Shown here one piece after another: positions 61,037-64,000 of a stretch of 64,000 bases of DNA. The stretch is from Octopus sinensis (taxonomy: Eukaryota): contig NC_043001.1 of the NCBI RefSeq assembly GCF_006345805.1, forward strand, positions 48,546,001 through 48,610,000, in the 5' to 3' direction. Each line of letters begins with the position of its first letter. Positions within the stretch are counted from its first letter, which is position 1. The position numbers and the translations under genes are program-made. Under the pieces are notes generated by a model. It saw only the letters and a list, made by a program, of their open reading frames with translations. It was not told where the DNA came from and did not search any database.

Positions 61037-62457
61037 CTGATGAGAGAAAACAAAAACAAAACAACAACAAAAAAAAAAGAAAAGAAAAATAGAAGAAAAA
61101 TCCCTATAACAAAAGGTTTAATCATTTAAACGGTGAAAAATTTTTTTCTCTTTTTCTTTTTGTTACTCGATTAACAATTGTTGAAATCGTAATTTTCTGT
61201 AAATCTCTAATATTTTTGGTACAATTTTATGGAGTCGTTATAATATCAACTCAGTTTATTATCAATGGTCACGATCATAAATCAAGATTTTAACAGATAA
61301 TTTACAAAAGAAAAGCTGAGTTTGTTTTACAAATGTTCTTTTCTTTCTTTATCAATCATATTTCTTGTGTAGAAAATAATTTCCTTTACTGTATAGGATT
61401 CAAGTTTCACTTGTTTTATTGTGTTTGAAGCTATTGTATGGCAATATATGTTTCCCAAATGTTGCTGTTATGACAGCTGTTATTAAAGTTGTTATCGCTG
61501 TTTAGCCCCAGGCTGTCTTTCATTTAACAGAACTTATGATCAAAGACATTCCAATTATAACCATCATGTCCTTTATAGAGATAGTACATCTACTGTCTCC
61601 CATACATCATTCAATTCAGTTTATCCTTCCTATTTTTTAAAGTTAGTTTTAGCACAGCCATGGGTGTGAGGTCAAGAAGTTACCTTCCCAACTTTAAAGA
61701 TTGAGGTTCAGTCCCACTGCAAGATAGCTTGAGTGAATATCTTCTACTTTCATCCAAGGCTGACTAAAACCTTGTCCGTAGATTTAGTATACATAAACAA
61801 AAAGAAGCCAATTGTATGTATGTGTTTTTGCCTACCTGCCTTGACTTCATATAATAATTGTAAATGGGTATCATATAAGCAGTGCTGTTCATTTCCAGCC
61901 TCCTATGAGAACATGTCTGACCCACGGTTGAGGGTTGGTGACAGGGAGGGCATAAAACTGTAGAAAATCTGGTATAATGAACTCCACCTGGCCCATGCCA
62001 GGCATGGAAAAATAGTTGTTGTTGTGATGATGATGTTGATACCACTGCTGCCATTGTGTGTTTTGGAGGAAAATTTGGTTGAACGACTAAGTAGAGACTC
62101 CCTTATTGAGCTATCCTTTCCTTTATAGTGTGAAACCAAAGATAATTGGATTTTGCCTTATGGGCATTTGCTTAGAATTAAGGTGTGGATGGGAAAGACA
62201 AGTGGCTTTTTTTCACTTGAAATTACTTGAAGATATTTCACTTTTTCTTTGAGAGTCACCAACCATTAGTTAAATTTGATTTTTTCTTTCTTTCTCCAAC
62301 ACAGGAAAATTTCAGTTAATTGAGAATGTTCTTCACATACAACTTTATTCCTTAACCTATCAATTTTAAATTTGTGCCACTGATCCACTCGAGTTATTCC
62401 CCTTAATTTATTTAATTTGAAAGGTGGTGAATTGGCAGAATGTTGAAATTGGCTTAA

Positions 62458-63019
62458 CCCTTTGATATTTAAACTGGCCATATCTGGCCCAAATATTCTG
62501 TTTTATGTTCAAATTGGCCAGATCTGGCCTCTTACACTTATCCTACAATATCATTTGAAAAATATACAATCACATCATAGAAATCTTGAAGCTTTCAGAT
62601 AATGCATGATTAATGCATGGATCAGTGGTTAGAATGTCAGGCTCACAATCGTGAGGTAGTGAGTTTGATTCCTGGACTGGACTGGGATGTGTGTTGTGTT
62701 CTTGAGCAAAGACGCTTTATTTCATTTTGCTCCAGTTCACTCAGCTGTAGAAATGAGTTGCAACATCATTGGTGCCAAGCTGTATCAGCCTTTACCTTTC
62801 CCTTGGATAACACTGGTAGCATAGAGTGAGGAGGCTGGTATGCATGGGCAACTGCTAGTCTTCCATAAACAACCTTGTCTGGACTTGTTCCTCAGAAGGT
62901 AACTTTGTAGGTGCAATCCCATGGTCATTCATGATCGAAGGGACTCTTTACTCTTCAATCAAAATATAGTGTGAATGAATAAGCATTACATTTAACAGAA
63001 TACTCTCATTAGTAGAGGG
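62458..63019. mobile_element. TTAA-type MITE family 1 containing a family-C SINE
   Basis: TTAA(62454)-CCCTTTGATATTTAAACTGGCC ... AGAGGG-TTAA(63020). The MITE body is split by 62615-62955. Confidence 0.75.
62615..62955 (+). mobile_element. Full-length SINE family C (RTE-type tail)
   Basis: tRNA head gcatggatcagtggttagaatgtcaggctcacaatcgtgaggtagtgagtttgattcc, and tail cccatggtcattcatgatcgaagggactctttactctt. Confidence 0.85.
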
Positions 63020-63023
63020 TTAA

Positions 63024-63244
63024 CTCTGTAGCGTTCAGATTATTTTATCAAATGCAATGCTTATTTATTCACATTGGTTTGAATTTATCCTGCATTATCT
63101 TGTAACCTTAAGATTTTGATTACATGACTGTATATTTTTTAGACTAACATTGTAGGGTAGGTGTGAGAGGCTGGATCTAACCAGTTTGGACATAAAACAG
63201 GAAGACTATTTTGGCTGGATATGGCCAGTTTAAATGCTAAAAGG
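63024..63244. mobile_element. TTAA-type MITE family 1, inverted relative to its neighbour and sharing a TTAA
   Basis: TTAA-ctctgtagcgttcagatt ... ggatatggccagtttaaatgctaaaagg-TTAA(63245). Confidence 0.75.
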
Positions 63245-63624
63245 TTAATGGTATTTGTTCCAACTCTGTGTAGTATGAGTTCAAATCTAGTTGAAGTCGT
63301 CTTTACATTTCATCCTTTATGAGATAAATAAAAATAAAAAGTACTAGGTCAGTATTGTGACCTAGTACTTGTGACCTTTATGAGATTAATAAAAATAAAA
63401 ATGTACTCGGTCAGTGGATTGGTGGAATTGTTAGAGCATCAAGCTAGGTGTTTTGTGGTATCTGTTCCAACTCTGTACATTCTGAGTTCAAATCCAGCCT
63501 CGACACTGAAAAAATAGAGAATCGTATATCAGGAGTTGTGAATGACAGAAGGTATCAGCAACTTGAAGAAACAAAACAAACAAAAAAATGGATGAAAACA
63601 GTTTCCTTGGTTTGATCAGATCAA

Positions 63625-63770
63625 CTGCCACCACTGCCTCCACCACCATTATCACAATCACAACCTCCACCACCACCTCAACCACCACTGCCACTACCAC
63701 GATCACTCCCTCTACCACTATCTCCATCACCACCACCACCGCCACCACCTCCACCATCAACACCACCACT
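63625..63770. repeat. Degenerate (CAC/ACC)n low-complexity tract
   Basis: Direct inspection. It explains the poly-Thr and poly-Val ORFs. Confidence 0.9.
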
Positions 63771-64000
63771 TCTCATTCCTCCTTGGAGAAGTTAACTGGA
63801 TAACCACTCCAGGGTATCATGCTAAAAGATACTACAACAGTGATAGTCAATGACTGTTACAGAAAACCAAGTTCTCAGATGGATATTCTTTATTCTTTAA
63901 ACATAAATAATGCATTTGCTTTAATAATGCATTATTTATGATGTTCACTTTAATCTCTTTATATCTTTATCTCTTTATGTATTTGTCATGTTATAATATA

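Overview
AT-rich, microsatellite-rich eukaryotic DNA. The SINE, LINE and MITE repertoire is most consistent with a cephalopod (octopus-like) genome, though this is recognised from memory and not database-checked. I found no intact protein-coding gene. The window is mainly transposon relics: decayed CR1, RTE, L1/Tx1-like and R4/Dong-like LINE pieces; an internally deleted Helitron (Rep motif 3 plus PIF1 helicase) with a second non-autonomous Helitron nested in its helicase; mariner remnants; three unrelated GG...CC foldback MITEs with perfect 8-bp TSDs (Merlin-like); TTAA- and TA-flanked MITEs; and many tRNA-derived SINEs of at least five families. Less routine signals include a minimal hammerhead-ribozyme motif at 18503-18550 and a 26-bp minisatellite with 156-bp higher-order repeats. 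That minisatellite ends in four estrogen-response-element-like palindromes spaced exactly 26 bp apart (58508-58598). Also notable are a SINE sharing its 3' tail with the local RTE LINE, an apparent switch from CpG-retaining to CpG-depleted sequence near 29.5 kb, and a few candidate host exons.
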